From: Hyaloraphidium curvatum SAG 235-1 | Lineage: Eukaryota > Fungi > Monoblepharomycota | Assembly: GCA_025558095.1 (NCBI GenBank) | Contig: JAIVFI010000001.1 | Span: forward strand, 868,001-932,000 | Direction of reading: 5' to 3' | DNA length: 64,000 bases | Part shown: positions 23,701 to 34,620 of the stretch, piece by piece | Layout of the letters: each line of letters begins with the position of its first letter | Position numbering within the stretch: position 1 is the first letter of the stretch | Position numbers and translations under genes: made by a program | Notes under the pieces: model-generated | Database searches by the model: none | Told to the model about the DNA's origin: nothing | Seen by the model: only the letters and a program-made list of their open reading frames with translations

Positions 23701-24051
23701 ATCTCAATGAAATCCATTGTAGAACCACCTGAGTCTGCTGAGGGCCGAACATGCATTCTCACAGTTGTAGACAGACTCTCCAAACAAGTGCACTTTCCGG
23801 ACTTCAAGAAGCTGCCAGATTCGGAACAAAGGGCAAAGAACTTCCTGAAGCACGTTTTCAAAGAGCATTCCCGGATGAGATCATTTCGGCAGAGGGACCC
23901 AGTTCTTGTCAAAGTTCTGGAACCGTCTCACGGAGCTGTGTGACGTGAAGGTGAAAATGTCAACATCTTTTCACCCACAAACAGATGGAATTGTCAACCA
24001 GACTCTAGAGCAGTACCTCAGAGCGTTTGTGAATCGCGATCAGGACAGCTG
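23701..24051 (+). mobile_element. Ty3/Gypsy integrase core, N-terminal half (frameshifted)
   Basis: [66 protein letters not shown]. Confidence 0.88.
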
Positions 24052-24720
24052 TATACTATGGCGGCGAAGATGGGAGGGAGATGTGGGAGAAGGACACTTT
24101 CTCATGGCCTAAGGAGACTGTGGAGAATCTTGTGAAGGGCAAGTTCAGGGAGATCAATGCCCAGAGGCTCAAGGACAACGACAAACTGCACTATTGGAGG
24201 ATGTGTGACATGACCTTTGGCCACATCGGACCATCCCTGATCCGGGTGGAGAAGCACCGGAGGGATGTCCAAAAGTTGCTGTGCTCTACCCACGACCTGG
24301 AGGTGGAGACAGGCAGGCACCAAGGACTTGCTATTGAGGTGCAGCAGAGAACGTGCAAGCATGACCCTGAGCACATTGGAGACGAACAACACTTTCTGTT
24401 TCACTGTTCAGCAAATGCGGAGCGGCGCCAGAAGCTGCAGACTAGATTGGAAGCACTAGGCCGCGAGTGGAACATGGAGACCTGGCTCTGGGCTCTCAGC
24501 ATCAAGGAGTTCGAGCCCACAATCAAAGCGAGGCGGCAGAAGGAGAAGGCCCTCAACTCCATTGCCAGCTTCATCTCAAAGTCCATGAAGGACAGGAAAA
24601 CTGGGAAAATGAAAAAGACACACGACGACGATGAACTTTGCAATTAGCAGCAAACTCATGGTGTAACAGCGGCCAAGCCAGGGGCAGGTCCGGGTCACCA
24701 ATACTATTCTATTCTATTCT
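24050..24720 (+). mobile_element. 5'-truncated LINE copy (C-terminal ORF region, 3' UTR, (ATTCT)n tail)
   Basis: ORF 24081-24647 is nearly identical to the reverse complement of 18839-19206 plus 17336-17603; tail CTATTCTATTCTATTCT at ~24703-24720. Confidence 0.92.
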
Positions 24721-25382
24721 AAGCCAGGCCTAGCGCTTTAACCCGCTGCACAAGTGGTTCAATCTCACAGGACTCGGAAGGCCCGAAGTAGAGTTAGTTG
24801 TAGCCGGGGTTTGACCTGGAGATTCGCTTGAGGGAGACTGTCTCCCGAAGGGGGACATCTCAGAAGGATCAGACTTGATGGATTCAGACCCCGCCGAAGA
24901 CAAATTCCGCACGGCAAGGACGAATGTAAACACTGACGAACTGTGGTGATTGATGACTACTTGGCAGTACATTTGGTGGCCTTTTCTATCATGGGAAACC
25001 TGATCCGGATCAGGCCCCTGCGGTTACGATGAACGACTATTTCCCCACCAAATGCAAAACGTAAATACAGAAAGATGACCCGGACCTCTGCATGCATGCC
25101 CCCACCCAAAGAACCACTGCCCCTGCGCATCATTTCCTTGTCATCAGCTTCCGGACCTACTTCTGCATGTAACAGACTGCCACTTGTAGAAGTTGACTGC
25201 ATCTGATACTGACCACTATTGCATCTTTGCCCAAACCTGCTCGGCTGCTCATGGACTGCTGATGGTGTAACAGAGGCCAAGCCAGGGGCAGTCATTGCCA
25301 GCCCTACACAGCATTCACCACGACATGGTGCATTGGGTAATGGCCGTACTCCAGGCTAGGGCAGATTGACTCTGGGCCGCAG

Positions 25383-28017
25383 TTGGGTCCTGACCCTTCG
25401 GTGGAGGAGCTCATAGCCTACATCAACCATCCTTCAAGGATCCTGGACATTGATCTGGAGGAAAAATGCCTGAAGCTTCTAAAGGCCATGACAAAAAGGA
25501 AGAACTGCAACAAGGAGCAAGCACGATCCTGCTACCTTTGGGGCAAACGCATCCTGGCACTTCATCTGGCGGTTTTGCAGGGCAAACCAACCCCCGTGGG
25601 GACGGGTATGTGTGTGCTGGGCGGGGGGGGGGGGGGGGGCACTGGAAAGTCGTTTGTGGATGAGGTGACATTGATGCTTGCACAAGCATTGGGCAGAGGC
25701 GAATGAATGCGTGCAGCTGCCTACACTGGATCGGCCGCTTCTGGGTTGCAACAGCTGACCCTGCATTGTACCTGCTCTACAAGGAGCTCAAGATCGAGGC
25801 ACTGAAGGGTGCTGGAACTGGGCTGCCTTCCTGAGGGAACTACTTGTGTACTATGGTGGAGAGGAGGGGAGGGAGATGTGGGAGAAGGACACTTTTTCAT
25901 GGGCCAAGGAGACTGTGGAGAATCTTGTGAAGAACAAGTCTAGGGAGATCAATGCATGCCCAGAAGCTCAAGGACAACGACAAGCTGCACATCTGGAGGA
26001 TGTGTGACATGACCTTTGGTCACATTGCACCGTCGCTGATCCGGGTGATGGAGAAGCACCGGAGGGACGTCCAGAAGCTGCTCTGCTCTACCCACGATCT
26101 GGAGGTGGAAACAGGCAGGCACCAAGGACTTGCTATTGAGGTGCAGCAGAGAACGTGCAAGCATGACCCTGAGCACATTGGAGATGAACAACATTTTCTG
26201 TTCCACTGTTCAGAAAATGCAGAGCGGCGCCAGAAGCTGCAGACCAGACTGGAAGCACTGGGCCACGAGTGGAACATGGAGACCTGGCTCTGGGCTCTCA
26301 GCATCAAGGAGTTCGAGCCCACGATCAAAGTGAGGCGGCAAAAGGAGACGGCCCTCAACTCCATTGCCAGCTTCATCTCAAAGTCCATGAAGGACAGAAA
26401 ACGGGGAAAATGAAAAAGATGCACGACGACAAAATTCAAATTAGCAGCAAACTGATGGTGTAACAGCAGCCAAGCCAGGGGCAGGTCCGGGTCACCAATA
26501 CTATTCTACTCATGGCAAGAAAAGCACCCTGCATGGTTTCCTTATGCTGTTGGTCCTGGAGAACAATGACAAAACAACGGAGCAATTCAAAAAGAGCTTG
26601 CGGCACCTCGAGGAGCACAAGGATGCTCTGCGTGCAGAGCTGTGCGACGTGTGGTTCCTGAGCCTTGATGAGATGGGAATGTGCGGACTGCGCATGATGG
26701 TGCTGCTGGACCACGGTCTGAAGGTTGCCAAACACCCTTAATATCCCGAGGCGGCAACCCTTGATGATGTTCCTGGATTTCGGTGGCATTGACATCAAGT
26801 TCTCTGGGTTCTTTTTCCAGCTTGCTCCGGTCCAGGACAGTGGGCTCTATTGCCGCACCAAACTTTCGGATGACTTGCTTGCTGTGCGCACGGTTTGGGA
26901 ACACTATGTTACCAAGGCGGTCGAGCTGGTCATCAATCACCGCACCATTGGCCGGCTTGCGGAAATTCTTCTTGCCATCCGCAGTGGCCAAGCAACCATG
27001 CGCAATATTCTGGACTTGCAGGCACGGTGCATTGGGCTGGCAACGTGCCCGATGGGGCATCCCCGTGCCAGCCATGCCATCAAACTGACTGACCCCGAGT
27101 GGATGAATGCCGTGGTGATTACCCTGAGCAACCTGGCCAAGGAGGCGTTCAACATGGATGCTGCCGTTGCTTACGCTTTGCGTACCGGCAAAACCCTCCA
27201 CCTAATCCAGGCGGTTGACAGCCCCACCAAGCCAAGGAAATCCAAAACAAAACCCAATCCACAGCCGAGCCGTGCTATGAGCGCTCTGACATCTGCAGAC
27301 AAGAAGCAGCTGCTTGCCTTGCCGGACAGCAGCTTCAAGTACAGGTCCGGTTACCTTCCCTGGCTTGAGGGCATGCCGGCCTTCTTCCGGTCGAACCTTG
27401 CCGTCAGTGCTGGAATATCCAATGGGACACTGGGAAAGGCGGGCCCCATCCACTATGCAGTGCCTTTGGACGCCAGCCGCTGGGTATACGACACTCGGTA
27501 TCCCGATTTGGATGTACGGGTGGTGCCGCCTCCAGATGTGGCCATGGTGTCCATCCCCAACCCTCCCAGGCCTTTCAAGTTGTCGAGCAACATTGGGTGG
27601 AATGAGGTGCCTGTTTATCCGACGACGCAAAGCAAACGGGTTGCGCTGCCCCATGAAGGAAGCCAACGGAAGAAGCACCGGGCCATCTCGAGGCCCCAGT
27701 TGCACGTGAGCCCGGGATGGGCCATGACTGCGCACTTTGCCCAAGGACACACACTGGATAAAGTGTGCCTAGACTTTTCCTTGGACGGTACCTGTGGGAC
27801 ATGGTCCATCCTGCAATTCCTGTACGTCATGCTGTCCCGTGCACGGAGTCTGGATGACGTTGTCTTGACGGGGATGCTCAATGGCAAGGTTGTGGTGGCC
27901 AAGCTGTTGGGCGGATTCAGCGAGGACATACTGGCCGAGATGGAACGGCTGAGGAAACTGGGGAGGCAGACCCAGGTGGCACAATCGGTGTTTTTGGCAA
28001 GGATGGAGGGCATGTGA
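25383..28017 (+). pseudogene. PIF1-family SF1 helicase pseudogene, probably Helitron-derived, interrupted by a LINE
   Basis: Walker A GGGGTGKS; AAYTGSAAS..TLH; motif II LSLDEMGM; motif III FGGIDIKFSGFFFQLAPV; motifs V/VI WAMTAHFAQGHTLDKV and YVMLSRARSL. In-frame stop at ~25706 and frameshifts. Confidence 0.85.
25770..26508 (+). mobile_element. Second 5'-truncated, more diverged LINE copy inside the PIF1 gene
   Basis: ORF 25952-26413 is homologous to 24081-24647; it has the same 3' motif (26456-26497) and a CTATTCTA tail. Confidence 0.9.
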
Positions 28018-28269
28018 TTGGTACAATATTTGTGCATCGGGGTAAATTGTGGTGCCATGCATAGAATCAATCCACTTCTCCATTGATGCAACGCATTGCG
28101 CCCATGGAGTTGTCAAAAGGGACCAGCGGGGGAAGCTTGCTTCCCTTGAGCTCTACGTCACCAGCAGTATCTGGCCCCATGCCAGTCTTCCATGTTGACG
28201 TCATTAGAACATTGCTGAGGAGATCGACAACAGCTTGCATCAACACAGCGGACCGTACTCGACGAACTT

Positions 28270-28382
28270 GAGCCGTATCCCATCTCTTGAAATTGCCCAA
28301 TCTCCATGGCCTTGGCCCACATCTCCCTGTCCTCTGAACGCATGGCTCCTGCGTCGTTCCGTGGTACACGCTCTTGTTGTTG
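28270..28382 (-). mobile_element. Ty1/Copia pre-RT remnant
   Basis: VPRNDAGAMRSEDREMWAKAMEIGQFQEMG resembles the Copia motif P.T..EAM......W..AM..E..SL...GTW. Confidence 0.55.
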
Positions 28383-28559
28383 GGGATGGATGGATGTGTT
28401 TGGAGCCTCAGGATCGAGTTGGAGTTGATCTTGGCATTGGAGCTGGACTTGGATGGGCGGATGGCCTCTGCCTAGCAATTACCTAGGGAAGCGGTGTCTT
28501 AGAGGTAAATAACACAACAAACACCAGGAACGCCACCTGCTTCATCCGCACCTGTCTCT
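28383..28559 (-). repeat. Right arm of the ~177-bp inverted repeat pair
   Basis: Reverse complement of 16676-16851. Confidence 0.9.
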
Positions 28560-28810
28560 GGGCGCCTGTGACCAGGGGTCTTTGAGATTAAGAGTCTCAA
28601 CTGCTCTGACACGTACCTGCTACCCCTTCTGGAAGGCAATTCACGCCAAGTTCAAGGATGGCACGACACGCTTGGCTGAAGCTTCGCAAGCCCGCGCAAA
28701 CAATTGAGCTCTCCAGTGCTTGCAGCAAAGACTCCAAAATGGGGCAAGGACAAATGCTTCACTCCAGTTCATTATGAGACGAATTACAATACATTCATTC
28801 AGTTAGTGCA

Positions 28811-31800
28811 TCACAAGAGACAATGTAGCACATGCTTGAGGTGCTAGATACATCTCCCACCACCAATCACGGTATCATCACCTCGATCTGCTGTCGCAAA
28901 GCAGGATATTTCTTGACCAAGTCCTCACATGACACAGACAAAAGAACCTCCTCCAGCCATGCAATCAAAAGAGACACTTCCTCCTCAGTCAAAGCCATAT
29001 TCCTCAGATGATCCCAAAAGCTTGGGAACATCTTGGGGTAGCCACACTGCACAAGACTCGGGTAATCCAATGCACTTTGCAACTGTTCAAAGACAAATGT
29101 GCGCAAGTGAGATTTGATGTTATCTGTGGCTTTGTGATGCTCAAGCTGTGCCAAAATGTGCAGAGCAATGGCTGAAGCGCAAGTAAATCATCAGATCACA
29201 TTCAGTTGGTGCACAATTACCTTCTGGAATAGACGTGAACTCAAAAACCAGCTTGGCTGCCAAGGAGGGAGATGGATGATCAATGCATAACACTCCCAAC
29301 TTTTCCTTCTTTCCTTCCTACCTTCAGTTTCTACATCACCACGCACCAGGGTAACTTCATAACAATCACCCGGGCACAAAAAGGCCTGGCAGCAAGAGCA
29401 ACGTCGCTTTCCAGTGCAAGGAGAGCAATTGTCACTAATACCTGAAGTCCTCCGCGAGGCATTGCCATCCCATGTGATGCGACAGAGTTGACATAGAGGC
29501 CCACATGAGGGCTTCCACACGTGAGCACCACACTTGTAATTCTACGACGTTTTGGAACTCAAGGGCAAAATCCATGCATTTTGAGTGACCTACTGGTTCT
29601 CTTCCAGGACCTGGCACGAAACCCCCACGAGCAAGGGCAAGTCTTGATCCCAATCCTGGTAGCGGTGCTCTGATTCAGCCAGCCAAGTCAGCGCAAGGGG
29701 CAGCTGCAAATGTTTGGTCAGAAACAGCAGGCATGTAAAGCATCAACCAACGCACTGCTTCTGAAAGTTCTCTGCCCCGTGCTTGCATTGTCAGCTCAAT
29801 GGCACATTGGGGCCTGACGTCAGGCAGAATGACCTCGTCCAGAGATCCAACATCTTGAGTTGGAGACGCAACACCTTGTGCTGGTGCTGGGTGAGATTCA
29901 ACGTCTCAAAGGATGGGAAGATATCCACCATCGATGATTGCCAAATGGACCGATCCCCAACTTGTTGGATCCACCATCTTGCAACGGAGGCGACCATTGT
30001 GCAGAGAGGAATCCACGACATGCAGCCGAAGAACTGCCTTCACCTCCTCGTCTCCTGTCGCGTGTCAAGCAGAGCAGAAGCCCATCAATGGTGCGCCCCT
30101 CACTTTGCCGCAAACTCCATCCAAAACACGGAATACAGATCGGAGGCTTGTTGATTGTGAACGTGAACTTGATGTCAGCTTGCAAAAGATTGTAGACAAG
30201 GTGCAATCGACCCTTGACAAGGACTATCTTCTCAACAGTGTAGGAACCCGGTGGGAGAGGTTTCTGCGTTCCACATAAGATCCACAAGCACTGCTGTAGC
30301 AATGGAGCACCCACAAATGATCGCACAGCAAGCTCAGTGGCTCCTGGTTGAAGAACTAGAGCTGTTCCGGACCGCATGCTGGTTTCCCCCATCCCAGCAG
30401 CCAGGAGATGTAGATGTACGGCATCCACGATGAAACTCTGATGCCGCAGCCATCAGGAAAACAGTTGACTTCTGTACTGCAATACTTACCGCGACAAAGT
30501 GGTTGTGGACTCGGAGATTGATTGCAGTGTTCTCGGAAAAACCAGGCGGCGAAGCCAGCCCTAGTACTTCAACATGGAAGACGAATTCCGACTCCCTAAC
30601 AAGATCTTCGTCCACGATAAGGTCGAGGGCGGGTTTCGGTGCCAGGGTGCCTACCTCTAGCCAATGCTCCTGCAGCGGAGCCCAGCTGATCCTCATAGTG
30701 CATTCGGCGGTCCAGCGGCTCGCGAGGTAGAATCTCGAGCAGTCGCAGGACCGATACCGTGTACTGTTCCAGGTCCCCTAGCATCTTCTGGCAAGTTGCA
30801 AGCTTCTCCAATAAGTCGTAGTCGGATGCATCCCAGCCGCTTTGAGCGTATCGATTGCACATGTCCTCCAGAATCTCAGCCGCAGCCACGTAATCTTTCC
30901 TGTCACTGTAGAACCGTTAGCTCTAGCACGCCACGGGGCGTGAACAAGTCATACAATGACAAGGAAGCGATATCGCCTTTCAAAAGCCACATCGATCGAA
31001 ACCTTCCGCTTCTTTGGAAGCTAGCGATGGTACGATCCGATAAGTCCTGAAGCAATGTGAAGTAAGCTCGCGCGCATGCGGATTGCTGGGTGGGCCCGAC
31101 CTTGTACAGGCGATCGAACTCCGCCTCAGATTCGCAAGCTTGCCGGAGGTCGGGCCGGGTGATCTTATCGCAAGCAGAGTCTTCGTCATCTCCAGGTGGC
31201 GTCAGGGGCCCAGTGACACCTGAGGCGATCTCGGAGGGCTGAGATAGGAAGCCCCTCAAGCTTCCGATCTTGTCGAGCTAAGGCCAATGTGAGCCAGAAT
31301 GCTGCTGTTCGCTAGCGCAGCCTTGCCTGTAAGCGAGCCAGGTGAAGCAGTTCCGCCTTGATCGACTCATACGCAACCACGGTGGAAGCCGGAAATCGCA
31401 GGCTGGCAGCAAGAGCGTCACATCTCTCCACGACATTAAGACACGAGGAGAAGACCCATGTCATGCCAAAGCAAGGCACTAGAGCCACCTGGTCGGGAAT
31501 GTGAGCGCACCGATGCTGCACAGTCCTTGCAGCCGCGGGCATACTTCGTACGACGTTAGCGTTCTCGAGAACGCTGTAATGAAGGCCTTTGCCTTCAGGC
31601 AAATGTTGACCAGCAGCTTCAGATGAAAAAGCAGCTGCATCTGTCGAGCGAAAAGGTAGATCCGGAGGTCGAAGATGGAGGTCCTGTTCTGTGCAATCAT
31701 GTCGCGATAAGGCTTCCGGCTGACGTCCAGGATGTCGGCACTGTCATCGCCCATATCCGTCCCGCCGAAGGTTCTGAACCAGGGGGCACCTTGCTCTGGC

Positions 31801-32753
31801 GAATGCTATGAGTAGCTGCGACTGCCGACCAAACACCAGGAAAGAACCGACCTGCTAGAGTTTGGTAAAACGACAGCTCAAGCTCGTCGCATTGCAGCAG
31901 CGCATCATCGTACAAACCGACCATCTCGTAGGTGCTTGCGAGTCCTTCCTAGCGAGGGATCCACGTCAGCGACACCTCGGACAAGGAGACGTCCGGCTAA
32001 CCTTGATAACGAAAAACTGGCAGTAATTCCAGCCTGGCATCAAGCGCTGGGCCTCTAGACGCTTGATAGTCTCGTCGTATTGCGAAACAACGTTGCTCAG
32101 CGTTGCCAGGACACCGCCGGTCAGCTTTGTCAATGCGTCCCTCCAGCCCTCAGCGTCGAAGAAGTCTCCCGCAGCATTCGCTTGCAAGCACGTCACGCTG
32201 TCGGGCTTCAATTGCAAAAGAGGTCACAAGTCACAGGCGACGCACGAACCGATCGCGCTTCGACGTGTTGAAGTCTGATCGGAGTTTGTCCAGGACCGTG
32301 CTGCTCCGCAGGAAGCTGGACCCTGCCTTGGCTTCTTGCTTTGTCACGAAGACAATCAGCCACTCCTGGTTACGTTTCGAATTCATGAGCGCAATCCAGT
32401 CCTGTATGGCCTTCCTGCTCTGCTTCCGGTACACATCCACCTCCTGACCCGGAACTCAGCGTTCGTCGGCGGGCACCAGCCGTCCAGCGGCCACCGACCT
32501 CGCATTCAAGGAAATAGAGGTGAAGAAAAGGCCCTTCGTGAAGATTCATGCCGGGCACATTCTTCGGGAACACCTCCGGGGTGAACCGCACGAGCTCCAG
32601 GGCAAGACTGGGCAGAGTTCGCGGACCGCGGTGGCTTTCCGTCGGATTCGTCCACTCCACGTTGACGAGGGGCAACTTGGATCGCAGGACAGGAGCAACC
32701 TTCTCCCAGGAACCATCGTGGTCCAGGTACGTGACCAGGAGCTTCGACCCCAT
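28811..32753 (-). CDS. TRAPPC10: TRAPP II subunit TRAPPC10/Trs130 (many introns; 3' end uncertain)
   Basis: PFLHLYFLEC, EWLIVFV, VLDKLRSDFN, RLMPGWNYCQFFVIK, MVGLYDDALLQCDELE, FDLRIYLFARQMQLL, SGRFRS, YAQSGW. An open frame can be spliced through ~50-nt introns down to ~28880. Confidence 0.85.
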
Positions 32754-32824
32754 TTGGCGGTCGGCGTCGATCGCGGCCGCGCCGATCGAACTTGTCCGGT
32801 TCAATTTCGACTTACAACAGCACT

Positions 32825-34598
32825 ATGCTCGACCTGGACGACGTTGCAGGAGTGATTTCCGAGCGGGACGGCATCCGTAGCGTTCGCATCGCGTCTCTAG
32901 CTCCACCGGGCGAGCTCTTAGCCGGTGCTCCAGGTTGCTCTCCAGTTGCCGGACGAACTCCTGCATTGCGCTACGGCGCTCGCGGGAGAGCTTCAAAAGA
33001 GGACGGGCCGCTCCGTTCACGTTTTGGGGGACACGTCTTACGGGAGGTTCGTGAGATCTGCAGCACTTGAGCTGTTCGTGGGCCGACTTGGACACACAGC
33101 TGCTGCGTGGATGACGTTGCCGCCGAACACGCCTCGTGCGACATCATAGTCCACTGCGGCCGGTGCTGTCTGTCTTCGTAAGCCTCTCCTGTGCTCTGCC
33201 CTTGCTGGTCCCGACGCCTTCCGAGTGCACCAAAGGTTCCTGTCGCTTACGCCCTGCCTCGCGAAGACCTGGACCGTGGCAACCTGATCGACGCCGTTCT
33301 TGCCTTTTTGGACGGGCGGCCCAGCCATCTTTTCGTTGCGTTCGATGTTCCTTTCGTACACCACGGCGGTGGGTGTCCCCCGGAGCGACTGCACCGCCTC
33401 CGATCCCAACCGCCGTTGTGCAGCGCAATTGATATCTGAGTTGCGCCTGCGCGGCATCAATGCCGTCGCGCTACAGCTACTGTTTCCGACATCTACGTTG
33501 GGCAGCTTTGCGCGGCTGCCGGCGGGGGCAACGGTCCTGGCTGGGTGCGGGCGGTGGCACGAGGGAACCGAGGGTTCGGGGGACCGAAAGGTTCTCTTTG
33601 TGGGGAACCATGGTCCCGCTCTCGTCCGCGTTGCTTTGGAGTTCCACGGGGAACAGGTGCGTTTGCAGTCGCAAGACGTCCCATCGGCTATGAACCTGGG
33701 GCTTGCGCAGGTCTTTCAGTACGACCCGTCGGACGGTGCTGTGAGATCAGTTGCGGCTTCGAAAAACAGGCTGCTTGCACGACGGTGGTGCTCGAAAGGC
33801 ATCTGGGGTGGCGTTTCTGACTCCCGACGTGTAGCTATGCCTTCATGGACAAGATCAGGGATGCAAATTCGGTGGGGATTGTTATCGCCGCGCTAAGCCT
33901 CGGTGAGTTTCGGGGCGTGGAACGATGGCCCACACTGGGGGATGAGTCAGAGCAGAGAAACGTGATAGGAATTGCCGTCCGAGAGCTTACACTCGGCGAC
34001 GAGAACTGCCCGACTGACAGACGACTCTGCGGACTGCGATGCGTGCCACCCTTCTCTGGCTAACGCGGAGTTTCGTTCATCGACAGATGGTCTCAAGCCA
34101 TTACTGGGCGAGCTGAAACGTGCTTTAGAATCGGCCGGAAAGCGAACGTACGAGCTAGTGGTGGGCAAGATCAACGTGGCGAAACTCGCCAACTTCCCGG
34201 ACATGGACGCTTTTGTCTTGGTGGGGTGCCCAGAAACGACCATCGTGGATTCCAAGGACTTCTTGAGGCCCATAGTCACACCGTTTGAAGCTCTCCGTGC
34301 TCTGAGCCCGCCCGACGCTCCTTGGAACGGCGAATATCTCTTGAACCCTGGAGGCCTGGTCGGACTGGCCAAGGAGGCAAGAAAGCTGGATGACGACGAG
34401 GATGGCATCACCCTGAGTCCCACTGAGGTGATCCAGAAGGCCGGGTCGAATGCCCTGACTCGCGTCCTTGACGGAGCTGCGGTTCACCTTTCGGCAAGGT
34501 CCTTCCGAGGATTGGATGTGGACGATTCGCAGCCTCCTGCCATCGTTCGTGCCGGCAAGATGGGCATAGCCACCTCGTACGATGCTGCTGCATTGTAA
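32825..34598 (+). CDS. DPH2: Diphthamide biosynthesis protein 2
   Basis: VALQLPDELL, VLGDTSYG|SCCVDDVAAEH, VVGKINVAKLANFPDMDAFVLVGCPE, PIVTPFE, C-terminal RSFRGL...GKMGIATSY. Confidence 0.9.
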
Positions 34599-34620
34599 CG
34601 TGAACGCAACAGAACGGGTA

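Noticed and set aside
20831-23752. The 973-aa ORF as a functional LINE-MetH fusion protein
   Set aside because: Its ATG lies in antisense Gypsy integrase sequence, the LINE is 5'-truncated and frameshifted before the RT, and MetH lacks two domains and carries damaging substitutions. The open frame reflects an in-frame insertion, not a demonstrated gene.
16660-28575. Target-site duplication outside the long inverted repeats
   Set aside because: The flanks (GGAGAGGAG vs GGGCGCCTG) do not match, so a bona fide TIR transposon is not established.
28867-30430. Additional TE or orphan ORFs at the right edge of the island
   Set aside because: The segments splice through regular ~50-nt introns into the TRAPPC10 reading frame.
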